From the NCBI GenBank assembly GCA_023426865.1, contig JAEZBT010000024.1:1-47060 (forward strand): a DNA stretch of 47,060 bases. Direction: 5' to 3'. The notes beneath the pieces were generated by a model. The model did no database searches and was not told where the DNA came from. It saw only the letters and a list, made by a program, of their open reading frames with translations. The DNA is from Actinomycetes bacterium. GTDB taxonomy: Bacteria; Actinomycetota; Actinomycetes; Actinomycetales; Cellulomonadaceae. A program made the translations under genes and the position numbers. Positions within the stretch are counted from its first letter, which is position 1. Each line of letters starts with the position of its first letter. Shown piece after piece: positions 26,560 through 36,094 of the stretch.

Positions 26560-27855
26560 ATGTGGATCAACAACCTCACGGCCTACCACCTCGACTTTGC
26601 CCGCCCCGACGAATGGGCTGAGCAATTCTCGGAGTACCTGGTTAAGACGCCCGAACTAGGCGCGCGGCGCGCGATCGGCTTTGCACGGGACGCTCAGGGC
26701 AATCTCGTGGACCACGTGGCTCCCCACTACGCGTTCCAGGCGGCGCAGGCAGAGCGCCACTTGCCGCGGGATGCGGTCGAGCGAGAGGTCCGCCTGCGAA
26801 ACCTGGCACCAGACCCGGCGGACGCCAAGGCTTACAAGAAGGCGTGGGCAGACGTGGAGCAGGAGCTCCTGGCATCTGCTCCGGTTCGGGAGAAGGCGAT
26901 CCCGGCAATCTTCGACGAGGAGGCTAAACGCCTCTACGTATTCGGCAGCTCCTCGAGCGCCGAGCAAATCGTTCTGCCCGCAATGCGGTTGGCCCTGGGT
27001 AGCACGCAGGCGCGGCCGATCCGGCCCGCGGATGGCGTCGGCAAGCTGCTGAATCGCTGGCTCGAGCAGGGCGCGCTCCCGCAGCCTTTCGCGCTGGGGC
27101 GGCATGTTGAGCTGCGCGAGGAGGGCAAGGACGGCGGCAAGGCGACCTTCCACGGGCGCGACATTGGCAGCCCCGAGGTTCAGCGCCACCTGGAGAACGG
27201 CGATTACGTCACCCTGCTGGAGCTCAGCTGGCGTGGCCAGCTGACCTTCCGGCTCACCATGAAGGGCGAGGTCCGGTCCATCGCCCCTCCCGAGTGCCAG
27301 ATGAAGGCGCAGTACGCGTTCGCCATCTGGCCAGAGATCATGGACAGGCTGCCGCACTTCTTTGACGAGGTGATGGCACTGTTGGGTGGGGTCCGCTCGG
27401 ACGCGATTGTGGCTGTAGAACGGAAGCGCCGCGGCGAGCAAGCCGGCGACGCCGTAACTGATGGCGCCGATGTGGGGCATACGCAACCGGAGGTGGACAG
27501 CGCGGCGCCGGCCGGGGTACGTGTGGCCGTCGTGTTGGAAGGCGACCGTGAGCAAGCTCTCACTGTCCGGGATGGACTGGACGCGCTGGCCACGGAAAAG
27601 GCTTTGGCGGAGATCGTGATCCCGGACATCGGGAACGACCTCATGCGCATGGCATACCACTGGGCCAGGACGCGTGGTATCCGAGTACGACTGATCAGAA
27701 AGGGCGATCGCACGCCAGAGGCACGCGCTGACCAGGTGTTCGGCTGCAAACCCCATGGACTGGTGGCCTTCGGGCAATCGCCGGAAGCCGACCTCTACAT
27801 GGAGCGCGCTAAGGCCAACCGCGTCCGCGTGCGCCGCCTGGACCTCCTCCGCTAA
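26560..27855 (+). CDS. RdgC-like recombination-associated protein with an extra C-terminal SLOG-like domain
   Basis: MWINNLTAYHL, AERHLPRDAVEREV, EQELLASA, FALGRHVEL, EVQRHLENGDYVTLLELSWRGQLTFRL follow RdgC; about 115 extra residues at the C-terminus. Confidence 0.78.
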   Translation: MWINNLTAYHLDFARPDEWAEQFSEYLVKTPELGARRAIGFARDAQGNLVDHVAPHYAFQAAQAERHLPRDAVEREVRLRNLAPDPADAKAYKKAWADVEQELLASAPVREKAIPAIFDEEAKRLYVFGSSSSAEQIVLPAMRLALGSTQARPIRPADGVGKLLNRWLEQGALPQPFALGRHVELREEGKDGGKATFHGRDIGSPEVQRHLENGDYVTLLELSWRGQLTFRLTMKGEVRSIAPPECQMKAQYAFAIWPEIMDRLPHFFDEVMALLGGVRSDAIVAVERKRRGEQAGDAVTDGADVGHTQPEVDSAAPAGVRVAVVLEGDREQALTVRDGLDALATEKALAEIVIPDIGNDLMRMAYHWARTRGIRVRLIRKGDRTPEARADQVFGCKPHGLVAFGQSPEADLYMERAKANRVRVRRLDLLR

Positions 27856-27912
27856 CCGCGGGTGACAAAGTGCCGGTTAACGACGCTCCGGACGCCGGCG
27901 CCGGGTGAGAAT
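27853..27912 (+). promoter_or_regulatory. Regulon box with -10 GAGAAT
   Basis: TAACC-N17-GGTTA (27853-27879), -10 at 27907-27912. Confidence 0.7.
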
Positions 27913-28002
27913 GCACCTGCGCCACCACTCTCTCCGGTGGCGCCATCCCCCTGGGCCCGGGGCATCGAAAGGTGCTCCGGGCCATTTTTCTTGGAGAACG
28001 CT

Positions 28003-28500
28003 ATGCCCCGATTCCTTCAGGTTTGCGCCATCGCTGTGCTCGCGCTGAGCGCGTCACCGGCTGTGCTGGCGCGAGCCAAGGTCGACACGCCGGAGCGGGT
28101 GGAGTGCGTCCAGCGCGCCGCGGCGGCGTTCCGCGTCCCGGACTACGCGATCCTGGCGCTGATGGACGTCGAAGGTGGCGACGTGGGCACCGTGAGCCCC
28201 AACAAGAACGGCACGCGAGATCTCGGAGTTATGCAGGTCAATACGAGCTGGCTGCCGCATCTGGCCAAATTCGGCCTGACCGAGCAGCAGATCACGCACA
28301 ACTTCTGCGCCAACGTGTTCGCGGGATCCTATATCCTCGCCCGCGCTCTTGCGGACCACGGAGCGCTCCCAAGGGCGCTTGCCTACTATCACTCGCCAAC
28401 CCCGGTACATCAGCATCGATACCTGGGACTGGTCCAGAAGGCGCTTCTGCGCCGCGCCGCTCAGGTGCGCACTGGCCAGTCCGTTCGAGCTGACGGGTAG
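28003..28500 (+). CDS. Secreted lytic transglycosylase (SLT; TrbN/IagB-like)
   Basis: GGAG RBS, signal peptide, LMDVEGG, DLGVMQVN, YYHSPTP. Confidence 0.9.
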   Translation: MPRFLQVCAIAVLALSASPAVLARAKVDTPERVECVQRAAAAFRVPDYAILALMDVEGGDVGTVSPNKNGTRDLGVMQVNTSWLPHLAKFGLTEQQITHNFCANVFAGSYILARALADHGALPRALAYYHSPTPVHQHRYLGLVQKALLRRAAQVRTGQSVRADG

Positions 28501-28520
28501 GGCACTCACGGAGAACAGCC

Positions 28521-29258
28521 ATGCACCAGTTCAGCCAGATCCAGCACCTCCTCGAGCAGCTGCGTCTGCGCCTCGAGCCTTACCAGGTGGTCGGCGTCCG
28601 GACGGATTACACGGTGAGCAGCAGCACTGGGAACAGCCTGCGCTGCCTGGTGCCAGAGAAGCACGGCATGGCCGTCCGGTACGCCGTGCTCTCGCCGCGC
28701 GAGGGCACTCGTCGGCACGGTCTCGGGGCGCTCGAGAAGTACCTTGGGGTCAAGGATCCGGTCGAGGGGAACACGATTCTCGACCTGGCCCATGAGCTGT
28801 CCGAAATCAACGACCTCGGTTCCTGGCCCTTGGCCAGCGACGAGCGGTCGGAGATTGTGGCCACGTCGACCGGAGTTGGGGGCAGGGGGTATCGCCGCCT
28901 ACCTGGTGTCGAGCAGGCCTTCCGCAACATGGCAGATGCCATGCCGTCGATCAGTGAGATCGTGCTGACCGTCAACACTGGCAGCAGGAAGCAGACGTTA
29001 AAGAGCACCAAGACCTGGGCGTCTTTCCGGGACCGTTCCGGTGATGAGCTGTGCGCCCTGACCCTTGGCCAGCTTGCGCTTTCCCTCAAGAAGTGGTTTG
29101 CGGAAGGCGATGCCGATCGTCCGATTGCCGACCGTCACCTCGGCCGCTGGGCCAACCAGCTCAACACCGACCAGAGTCGGTTCATCGAAGCGGCAATGGA
29201 ACTGATCAAGCTCGACAGCATCCTGGGCGTGACCCGCATCCAGTTCGACGGAGTCTGA
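28521..29258 (+). CDS. Hypothetical protein
   Basis: GGAG RBS, 245 aa, operonic, no motif recognised. Confidence 0.75.
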   Translation: MHQFSQIQHLLEQLRLRLEPYQVVGVRTDYTVSSSTGNSLRCLVPEKHGMAVRYAVLSPREGTRRHGLGALEKYLGVKDPVEGNTILDLAHELSEINDLGSWPLASDERSEIVATSTGVGGRGYRRLPGVEQAFRNMADAMPSISEIVLTVNTGSRKQTLKSTKTWASFRDRSGDELCALTLGQLALSLKKWFAEGDADRPIADRHLGRWANQLNTDQSRFIEAAMELIKLDSILGVTRIQFDGV

Positions 29259-29260
29259 GC

Positions 29261-29398
29261 ATGGGACCGATCCTGATCAACGATGTGCCGACCCGCCGCG
29301 AGCGCAAGCGCCGCCAGGCTGCCTCCCGCGTGCGCTTGGCACTCGCCACCCTGGTGGCGGTGATCGCTGCGGCCATGTGGGTTGTACCAGGCCTGTGA
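29261..29398 (+). CDS. Small membrane peptide (45 aa)
   Basis: MGPILINDVPTRRERKRRQAASRVRLALATLVAVIAAAMWVVPGL exactly fills the gap between its neighbours (GTGA overlap with the next gene). Confidence 0.55.
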   Translation: MGPILINDVPTRRERKRRQAASRVRLALATLVAVIAAAMWVVPGL

Positions 29399-29967
29399 GC
29401 CGCCGCGCCGAGTGGGCGAAGCACCTTGGAATCGAGCCGGCGACGACACCGAAGCGGCGGCCGGCGCGGGGTGGGCTGCGGAGGTTCGCGTCATTGGCGC
29501 AGTCCCGGGTGGAGTCGGAGCGCCAGCGCCACGAGCGCTTTCGTGTTGAGGCTTCGCACGCCCTGGAGCCTGACCCGTCCATCCCGGACACGCAGGTTTA
29601 TGAGATCCACGCCAGGCCGAAACCTCGCCAGAGCCAGCGGGACCAGTGGGATTCGCGGCCAGAAGTGGAGCGCTATCGGGTCTTTGCCGATCTGCTCCGG
29701 CTCGCCGGCGCGCAGCTGCCGAAGGCGTACGAGGTCCACTTCGTGCTGCCCATGCCTGAGGGGTGGCCGGAGGAGCTCAAGACCGCCATGGACGGAATGC
29801 CCCACCTGCAGCGGCCGGACACAAGTAACTTAGTGAAGGCCGTCGAGGATGCTCTAGTGGAGAAGGATGAGGTGCTCTTTGGCGCCGGCGCGACCAAGCG
29901 CTGGGGCCGACGCCCACTCATCGTCATCCGCAAGGTCAACCCCCGAGAAGTGCTTCGACCCCTATGA
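29395..29967 (+). CDS. RusA-family Holliday junction resolvase
   Basis: PKPRQSQRDQW, VHFVLPMP, HLQRPDTSNLVKAVEDAL and KRWG. Confidence 0.82.
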   Translation: MSRRAEWAKHLGIEPATTPKRRPARGGLRRFASLAQSRVESERQRHERFRVEASHALEPDPSIPDTQVYEIHARPKPRQSQRDQWDSRPEVERYRVFADLLRLAGAQLPKAYEVHFVLPMPEGWPEELKTAMDGMPHLQRPDTSNLVKAVEDALVEKDEVLFGAGATKRWGRRPLIVIRKVNPREVLRPL

Positions 29968-30066
29968 GCTGCACCCGGTCATCGTCCCGAGCGGTCAGCC
30001 GCGCCGCCCGCTGCATGCGATTCGCTTCGCTTGTGGGCCAGTGCGGGCCCAGCCAGGGGCACTGAT

Positions 30067-31857
30067 ATGGAGATTAAGCCCAGCGACGAACAGCTCGCCG
30101 CGATCGCATGCTACGAGACAGGCGAGAACCTGGCGATCGAGGCCTTGGCCGGCTCAGGGAAGACGACCACACTGCGCATGCTGGTGGAACGCGGATCCCC
30201 GCGCGGTGGGAAGATCCTTTACACGAGCTTCGCCAACAAAGTTATCGCTGACGCGAAGGGCAAGTTCCCCAAGAGCGTGCGGGTGTCGACCATCCACGCC
30301 CTCGCGTGGCCGGTCGGCGTCAAGTATCAGCAGCAGGGCCGCTTGCGAGGGCGCATCACCCCCAACGACCTTCTCACAAGACTCGGGTGGTCCGATCTGG
30401 ACTTTGGCCACGGCATCGACGCGTGCACCGGTGCTCACTGCGTGATTCAAACCTTGGCCAACTTCTGCCAGGGGGCCGACAGGACCATCACTGCAAAGCA
30501 CGCCATGGGAAGCGCGCTGCGGGCGTGTCGCGGCGACAAGAGCTCGAGTCGGGAAGCTGCCCAGGTGATTACCAAGAAGGCTGCCGACGTGTGGGCTTCG
30601 ATGATGCTGCCCACATCGTCGATGCCTGTAACTCATGACGTCTATCTGAAGGAGTGGGCGCTGGCTGAGCCGCGTCTGCCGTACACGACGATCATGACGG
30701 ACGAATGCCAGGATTCCTCGGCCCTATTCGTTGAGGTGCTCCGCAATCAGAAGCATGCCCAGCTCGTGATCGTTGGTGATGCCCGCCAGAGCATCTACTC
30801 GTGGCGCGGCTCGGTCAACTCCATGGATAGCTTTCAGATCGCTCATCGGGTACAGCTGACACAAAGCTTCCGCTTCGGCCCAGAGATCGCGGAGGTTGCC
30901 AATGCGATCCTGCACGACCAGTGCGGCGCCGACCTACCGCTGAGGGGTGATCCGAATCAGCCCGGCTTCGTCTCGGTCTGCGATACCCCGCACTGCTACC
31001 TGGCCCGAACCAATGCGAGCTTGATCGGGCAGCTTTTTGAGGTGCAGCGTGACGCCCCGGGCTACAAGGTCGGCGTGGTCGGCGGCGTCGACGAGATGGT
31101 CAAGCTGGTCGACGCCGCCGAGCAGCTGCAGGCCGGCATTCCAACTGCCCATCCGGAGCTGGCTGAGTTTGCGCATTGGCAGGCTGTCCGTGAGGCGATC
31201 GCGCATGACGGCTACGCCCATCTGCGCATGCTGGTGCGCGTAGTTGATGAGTTCGGGAGCCGGCAGCTGCGGGAGAGCTTGGAGCGGATCCGCGGGAACG
31301 AGGCCGAGCCGGAAACCTGCGATGTAATGCTGTCCACCGCCCACAAGGCCAAGGGCTCGGAGTTCGAGACCGTCAAGCTGCTGGACGACTTCAAAGTGAA
31401 AGGGCCCGAGGCCAATCCCGGCCTGTTCGGATGGGCGCCGGAGGAGGGCAACCTACTTTACGTCGCCGTGACCAGGGCGCGGGTCCATCTGGACATCAGC
31501 GATTGCCAGGCCGTTCTGGCCAGCCTTCCTGTAGGCTGGATGCCCAGCTTTCCAGTGCCAGAGTCGGTGGTTGACGACTACGACATGGCGTCCATCGCGC
31601 TGGGCGAGGAGCCGTCGCCGCCGGCGTGGCGCCGCCCCCGCCTCGAGGCCGGCGTGTGGGACCACCCGATCATCGCCGATGCGACGCTAGAGATCAGCGA
31701 AGAAGCGGAGGGGTACCTGGTCCGAGTGGTCGCTGCGGGCGGCGTCCTGTTCGAGACCTGGGGCGACCTCAGTGACGTGGGTGCAGAGATTGGAGGCCGC
31801 GTTGACGTGACCGTGGGCAACGCTCGTCTGCATGTGCCTCGCGCCGCCCTGACGTAA
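30067..31857 (+). CDS. UvrD/REP-like SF1 helicase
   Basis: ALAGSGKTT, DECQD, VGDARQSIYSWRG, LTQSFRFG, STAHKAKGSEF and LLYVAVTRA. Confidence 0.92.
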   Translation: MEIKPSDEQLAAIACYETGENLAIEALAGSGKTTTLRMLVERGSPRGGKILYTSFANKVIADAKGKFPKSVRVSTIHALAWPVGVKYQQQGRLRGRITPNDLLTRLGWSDLDFGHGIDACTGAHCVIQTLANFCQGADRTITAKHAMGSALRACRGDKSSSREAAQVITKKAADVWASMMLPTSSMPVTHDVYLKEWALAEPRLPYTTIMTDECQDSSALFVEVLRNQKHAQLVIVGDARQSIYSWRGSVNSMDSFQIAHRVQLTQSFRFGPEIAEVANAILHDQCGADLPLRGDPNQPGFVSVCDTPHCYLARTNASLIGQLFEVQRDAPGYKVGVVGGVDEMVKLVDAAEQLQAGIPTAHPELAEFAHWQAVREAIAHDGYAHLRMLVRVVDEFGSRQLRESLERIRGNEAEPETCDVMLSTAHKAKGSEFETVKLLDDFKVKGPEANPGLFGWAPEEGNLLYVAVTRARVHLDISDCQAVLASLPVGWMPSFPVPESVVDDYDMASIALGEEPSPPAWRRPRLEAGVWDHPIIADATLEISEEAEGYLVRVVAAGGVLFETWGDLSDVGAEIGGRVDVTVGNARLHVPRAALT

Positions 31858-31914
31858 CCGCGGACGCATGAGTGGGGGTTGGGTGAGGACATTTCCGCGG
31901 CGCCTCATTAACCT
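31855..31914 (+). promoter_or_regulatory. Regulon box with -10 TAACCT
   Basis: TAACC-N17-GGTTG (31855-31881), -10 at 31909-31914. Confidence 0.72.
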
Positions 31915-32142
31915 GCTCACCGTCAGCTGGCACGCCCACCCGTCAATCGAGGTATGCCAGGGTTCGCGGTTACCCCCTTTCCGCAACCTTCCGAACGGTG
32001 TCCCCTCACCGCCCCCGGATGACAGAGCCCCGCCGTGAGGCGCGGCTCGCTCAAGGCCTTGCAGAGCGAGACTTTGAGCGAGCTGCGTCGGTCCAGCTTT
32101 GGACCGCGCTGCAACGTGCTTCGCCAGTCGTCTGGCAAAGGG

Positions 32143-32243
32143 CCGGCTTACCGGCACACACCTGGGTCACTCTGACCCATCACCCCGCGGGGCACATCCC
32201 CGCATGGGGATGCTGCGTCCGCACCTCAAGGAGCAGCAACATG
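32143..32243 (+). repeat. Conserved structured 5' leader motif (copy 1)
   Basis: CCGG-ctta-CCGG...CACCCCGCGGGG (32181-32192) CACATCCCC-gcat-GGGGATG...TCCGCA..TCAAGGAGCAGCAACATG. Confidence 0.75.
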
Positions 32244-32738
32244 ATCACCCTCAAGAAGCTGAAGATCTCGCAGGCGCTGAGCCGCGAAACTGTGGCCTTC
32301 ACCGCCGACATCTACTTCAACGGCAAGCGTGTCGGCGAGGCGTACAACGAGGGCCATGGTGGATCGACCATGGCCGCGCTGCACCATGTCGACGAGTTCA
32401 CCCGCGCTCGAATCGGTGGCGTGGTCAAGGACTACTTCAGCAAGAAGCCGGCCGCGGAGAGGATCCCCGGCATGGAGACGCTGGATGAGTACATCGACGA
32501 CCTGGTCTACGCCGAGCAGGAAAAGAAGGAGGCCGAGCGGCTGTACCGCAAGACCGCCAGGACCGTCCTGTTCGTACAGGGCGGCCTGCTGCGCCACCTC
32601 GTGGGCAAGGTCTCGCTGGAGGAAGCGGCCATCGATCAGTTCAAGCGCCGTAATCCTGACGCAACGGTTATCAACGGCATGCCCAAGGATCAGGCCATCG
32701 AGCTCCTCCTGAAGCACGTCCGCGGCCAGGTCGGCTAA
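32241..32738 (+). CDS. Hypothetical protein
   Basis: AAGGAG RBS, MITLKKLKISQALSRETVAFTADIYFNGK..., strong codon bias. Confidence 0.85.
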   Translation: MITLKKLKISQALSRETVAFTADIYFNGKRVGEAYNEGHGGSTMAALHHVDEFTRARIGGVVKDYFSKKPAAERIPGMETLDEYIDDLVYAEQEKKEAERLYRKTARTVLFVQGGLLRHLVGKVSLEEAAIDQFKRRNPDATVINGMPKDQAIELLLKHVRGQVG

Positions 32739-32805
32739 CCGCCCCGGCAGCCCCCCGCAATCGATCCTGGACTGCTGGGCGCGCGTGCCACATCCGAGAG
32801 CCACT

Positions 32806-33099
32806 ATGGACACCATCACCGTTACCGGACCGCACGGTTCGTTCGAGGTCTGTGCCGCCACAGGGCAGATCGTGACCCCGTACACGCGCATGCCGCCCGT
32901 GTACCGCCACTACAGCGGTGCCAACGTCGCCCAGCTCAAGAGCTGGTGTGTTCGGCAGGGCCTGCTGGTGCCGCGGGAGGTTCCTCTCCTGTGCCTGACC
33001 ATGCGCCGTTACGGGGGCACGGTCGAGCCGGTCGAGGAAACCTTCCGCGAGGAGTGGGGCGACCATTACGCCTACTCTGCGACCACCCTGGCTGCCTGA
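32806..33099 (+). CDS. Hypothetical protein
   Basis: MDTITVTGPHGSFEV...; operonic and followed by a terminator. Confidence 0.65.
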   Translation: MDTITVTGPHGSFEVCAATGQIVTPYTRMPPVYRHYSGANVAQLKSWCVRQGLLVPREVPLLCLTMRRYGGTVEPVEETFREEWGDHYAYSATTLAA

Positions 33100-33148
33100 G
33101 CAGGGAATCGCGCTCCGGCCGCTGGCTAGCAACACCGCCAGCCAAACC

Positions 33149-33186
33149 AGGCCCCTGTCCTTTACGGACGGGGGCCTTTCCTTTTT
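33149..33186 (+). terminator. Intrinsic terminator
   Basis: AGGCCCCTGTCC-ttta-CGGACGGGGGCCT followed by TTCCTTTTT. Confidence 0.8.
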
Positions 33187-33254
33187 CCGGGCTTCCGAAG
33201 CACAACTTCGATGGCAGGGGCCACCTGCTGAAATGCCGCCCTACGTGGAGATGC

Positions 33255-33650
33255 ATGATGCGGGACTTCAATCAACCAACCCGGGCCGATAGAGCCGCAC
33301 CCCCCAGCCTCGGCACCACCGTCCAGGCCGTGCTCACCGCATGGCAGGCGCTGCGACTCCATGGCCCTTACGGGCACGAGACTGCAATTTGCTGGGTCCC
33401 GGGCGTGGGCCATTTCCAGCTGGCGGATGGGACCCCGGGGGACTGGCAGCTGCAGGCGGTCGAGCGCGGCAATGGCGGGCTTCCATCCTGCCGTGTAGCC
33501 ACGGCCGATGAGGTGACCGCTGTGCTTGATGCACTCGCTTGCGGGTTCGCTGAGATCCGCAGCAGCCCGACGTGCAGCCCATATCGGAACGCTGCCGGCG
33601 CCGGGCGAGTCCTGCACCGCGCCACGGGGCGCGCACTTGCTCAACCCTAG
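33255..33650 (+). CDS. Hypothetical protein
   Basis: GGAG upstream of MMRDFNQ...; weak support. Confidence 0.4.
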   Translation: MMRDFNQPTRADRAAPPSLGTTVQAVLTAWQALRLHGPYGHETAICWVPGVGHFQLADGTPGDWQLQAVERGNGGLPSCRVATADEVTAVLDALACGFAEIRSSPTCSPYRNAAGAGRVLHRATGRALAQP

Positions 33651-33723
33651 TCGTCGTAGGTGCCCAAGCGCGATCCAGTGCACGTTTCGGCCTTTATGGG
33701 GTCCGTTCCACCCGGATAGAACG

Positions 33724-33783
33724 CAACCCGGGGCCGATCCGGCGTGGTTAGCGAGGTGTCCGGGGGGTGGAGCTGTCTAGGAT
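33724..33783 (+). promoter_or_regulatory. Regulon box with -10 TAGGAT
   Basis: CAACC-N17-GGTTA (33724-33750), -10 at 33778-33783. Confidence 0.75.
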
Positions 33784-33803
33784 GAGGGCCACTGAATGCT
33801 GGT

Positions 33804-34823
33804 GTGTCCATGGAACGAGACAAGAAGTCGAACCTGCAGCCTGTCGTCGCATCGAGCGAAGCCTGGCATCTGGGGAACCTCCGTGGCCTTGAGCGGGCCC
33901 TCGAGGTCGTCCGCGCGTCTATGCCGGACGCGCCCTCTTCCAGCTTGAATGCGTTCTCTGGCCAGCTGGCGCGCGCCCTGACAGATGAGGCCGAGTCTTC
34001 GTGGCGCGAGTACCTGCGCTACGCAGATCGGCCGCAGCTCAACCTGGACAGGCAGGCTGTCGACGTCACATACGACGAGGCGCGGGCCCTGCCCATGATC
34101 GCTTGGCCTGGGGACTCCGCCGACACGAGTTGGGGGCTGGTCGATCTGGAGGCCGACGGCGGTCCAGACATCATCATGGCTGCGCCCTTCCGCTCGGTGC
34201 GCCTGGACTCCCTGCCGGATGACAAGGTCATCGTGAAGCTGCACGACAGCTACCACACCGCGACGGCGGCCCTGGTCGAGATACTCACCTGCGCCTCGAG
34301 GGATGCTCGAAATGCCTTCATCGCGCCCGACGGCCGTGCCTCCTGGCGCCGACTGAACACCTTGATCAACATCTATCGCCAGTCCTCGCTTGCCGCGCTC
34401 AACACGCTGAAGGAGGATGAGTACATTGGCTGGAAGCCGACGCTGCCGGCTGAGTTCCAGCTCGATAGCGCGCCCCGGCTGATCTGCCAGATCGCTGGAA
34501 CGCCGCGGGCGCAGATGGCCCTTGCGACCTACCTGACCGCCACCTGGTTGCAGGCGCTGGCGGACGCGGCCGAAAGCCTTCCGCCTCAGCGGCGTCGGGC
34601 GAGCTTTGAGCTCCGGCTGGAGGAGGCTCGCACCTGCATGGAGGACGCCCTCAGCGGGATGAACCGGACAGTGGCAGCTGGCCACTGGACGACTGGTCGG
34701 GCTTTCCAGTGCATGGTCATCTTCCGTCCGCAACCGCAGTCCATCCCGGTCCTTGCAATCCTGCCATCAGCGGAGCCGGCCACGGTCGCCGAGCTTTCCC
34801 GGGCAAAGGGTCGCGGCGGGTAA
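33804..34823 (+). CDS. Hypothetical protein
   Basis: 339-aa ORF downstream of a regulon promoter; no motif recognised. Confidence 0.75.
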   Translation: MSMERDKKSNLQPVVASSEAWHLGNLRGLERALEVVRASMPDAPSSSLNAFSGQLARALTDEAESSWREYLRYADRPQLNLDRQAVDVTYDEARALPMIAWPGDSADTSWGLVDLEADGGPDIIMAAPFRSVRLDSLPDDKVIVKLHDSYHTATAALVEILTCASRDARNAFIAPDGRASWRRLNTLINIYRQSSLAALNTLKEDEYIGWKPTLPAEFQLDSAPRLICQIAGTPRAQMALATYLTATWLQALADAAESLPPQRRRASFELRLEEARTCMEDALSGMNRTVAAGHWTTGRAFQCMVIFRPQPQSIPVLAILPSAEPATVAELSRAKGRGG

Positions 34824-34917
34824 CTCTGGCCAGCGGCCACCGGTAGCAAGATGCAGCGGCCAGAACGGGCCCGGGCGATCCGGGCGGCGAACTTACGCAG
34901 GGCGGGAGATTTGACAG

Positions 34918-35385
34918 ATGGCGAGAGGAGTCAACACGGTTCACCTGATCGGTGGGATTGGCGCGGCGCCGGAGGTCAAGGTGACCCAGGGCGGCCTGAC
35001 CATCACTACCGTGCGACTCGCCACGGACACCGTGCGAAAGGGCCACGACGGCCAGCAGGTGGTCAAGACGCAGTGGCATCGCGTCAAGTTCTTCGGGCGG
35101 CTAGGAGATCTGGCCGCGGACCTGATCGATAAGGGCAAGATGGTGTATGTCACTGGCAGCATCGACTACGACCAGTACACCAAGCCGGACGGGAGCAAGG
35201 TGTACACGACCGAGATCCACGCGTCTGGATTCGAGCTGCTCGGTGGCCGGGAACAGGGGTCCAGCCACGCGGGATCGAGTCGGAGCGGCCCCAACGACGA
35301 GCACGAGGCCGATCATGCCTATGGCCAGCCGCAGTATCAGGGTGCGGCCGCCCTCGGCCCCGATTTCGGGGACGAGAATTTCTAG
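34918..35385 (+). CDS. ssb: Single-stranded DNA-binding protein
   Basis: MARGVNTVHLIG, TQWHRVKFFGRL, KGKMVYVTG, YTTEI and acidic tail DFGDENF. Confidence 0.95.
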   Translation: MARGVNTVHLIGGIGAAPEVKVTQGGLTITTVRLATDTVRKGHDGQQVVKTQWHRVKFFGRLGDLAADLIDKGKMVYVTGSIDYDQYTKPDGSKVYTTEIHASGFELLGGREQGSSHAGSSRSGPNDEHEADHAYGQPQYQGAAALGPDFGDENF

Positions 35386-35477
35386 TTCAAGGACGCGTCG
35401 TCGCCTGGCAACACTGGTAACTGGCACGCCTTAAGCCCGGTCGAGCTTCGGGAGGTGTATGCCGCCGCGCGTCGAGC

Positions 35478-35521
35478 CCGCAACGAAAGAGCCCCGCGTA
35501 AGCGGGGCTCCTTCGTTGCGG
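35478..35521. terminator. Probable bidirectional terminator between convergent genes
   Basis: CCGCAACGAAAGAGCCCCGC-gtaa-GCGGGGCTCCTTCGTTGCGG. Confidence 0.7.
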
Positions 35522-35533
35522 CAGGACTGAGGT

Positions 35534-36070
35534 TTAGGAGAAGGCGCGAATTGCTTCGCTGCCCGCCTCGCCGAAGTCGGTGGCCAAGTAGTCCGCCAGC
35601 ACCGCGGCGAGCTGTGCGGCCAGGGCCTTTGCCATGGCGGGGTTGTCCGGATTGTGCAGCTGGCGCGTGACCACTCTCATGAGGCTCTGGGGAAAGTTCC
35701 CTGTAGAAGCTAGCAGCGAGGTCACGACTCGAGAAAGAGTGTCTTGGTGTGCCGTGCCAGCGCTGGCCCCGTCCGGGTAGAGGCAGACCTCCAGTTGTCG
35801 CTGCCCCGTCCGACCCACAAAGCTGCGTGCAGCGAAGCCATGGCCCGACACCTGGCCCATGAGGAGAGATTCGCCCATGCTGCCGCTGCAACCAGGAACC
35901 GCAATATCCGCTGTGATGTCCGGGGCGAGAGCATCGAACAGCGGCACAAGCGGCCTCTCGGCGGGTCCTGCGCTGTAGAGCAGGCGAAGGCATCCCCCCT
36001 CCATGGTTGCCGATGTGGTTGCACCGAGCTGGGCTGTCAGGTGTTCGAGGATCGCTTGCTGCGCGGTCAT
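35534..36070 (-). CDS. Hypothetical protein
   Basis: AGGAG RBS, MTAQQAILEHL..., preceded by a regulon promoter on the minus strand. Confidence 0.75.
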   Translation of the reverse strand: MTAQQAILEHLTAQLGATTSATMEGGCLRLLYSAGPAERPLVPLFDALAPDITADIAVPGCSGSMGESLLMGQVSGHGFAARSFVGRTGQRQLEVCLYPDGASAGTAHQDTLSRVVTSLLASTGNFPQSLMRVVTRQLHNPDNPAMAKALAAQLAAVLADYLATDFGEAGSEAIRAFS

Positions 36071-36094
36071 GGGGAGTCTCCTGCAATTGAGAAA

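Noticed and set aside
33276..33290. 15-mer CCAACCCGGGCCGAT identical to the reverse complement of 37313-37327
   Set aside because: It is only a half-box with no partner GTT at the required distance, and it lies inside a probable ORF.
34821..34846. Possible regulon boxes upstream of ssb and at 14617, 32736 and 4209
   Set aside because: The right half-site or spacing deviates, and no correctly placed -10 was found.
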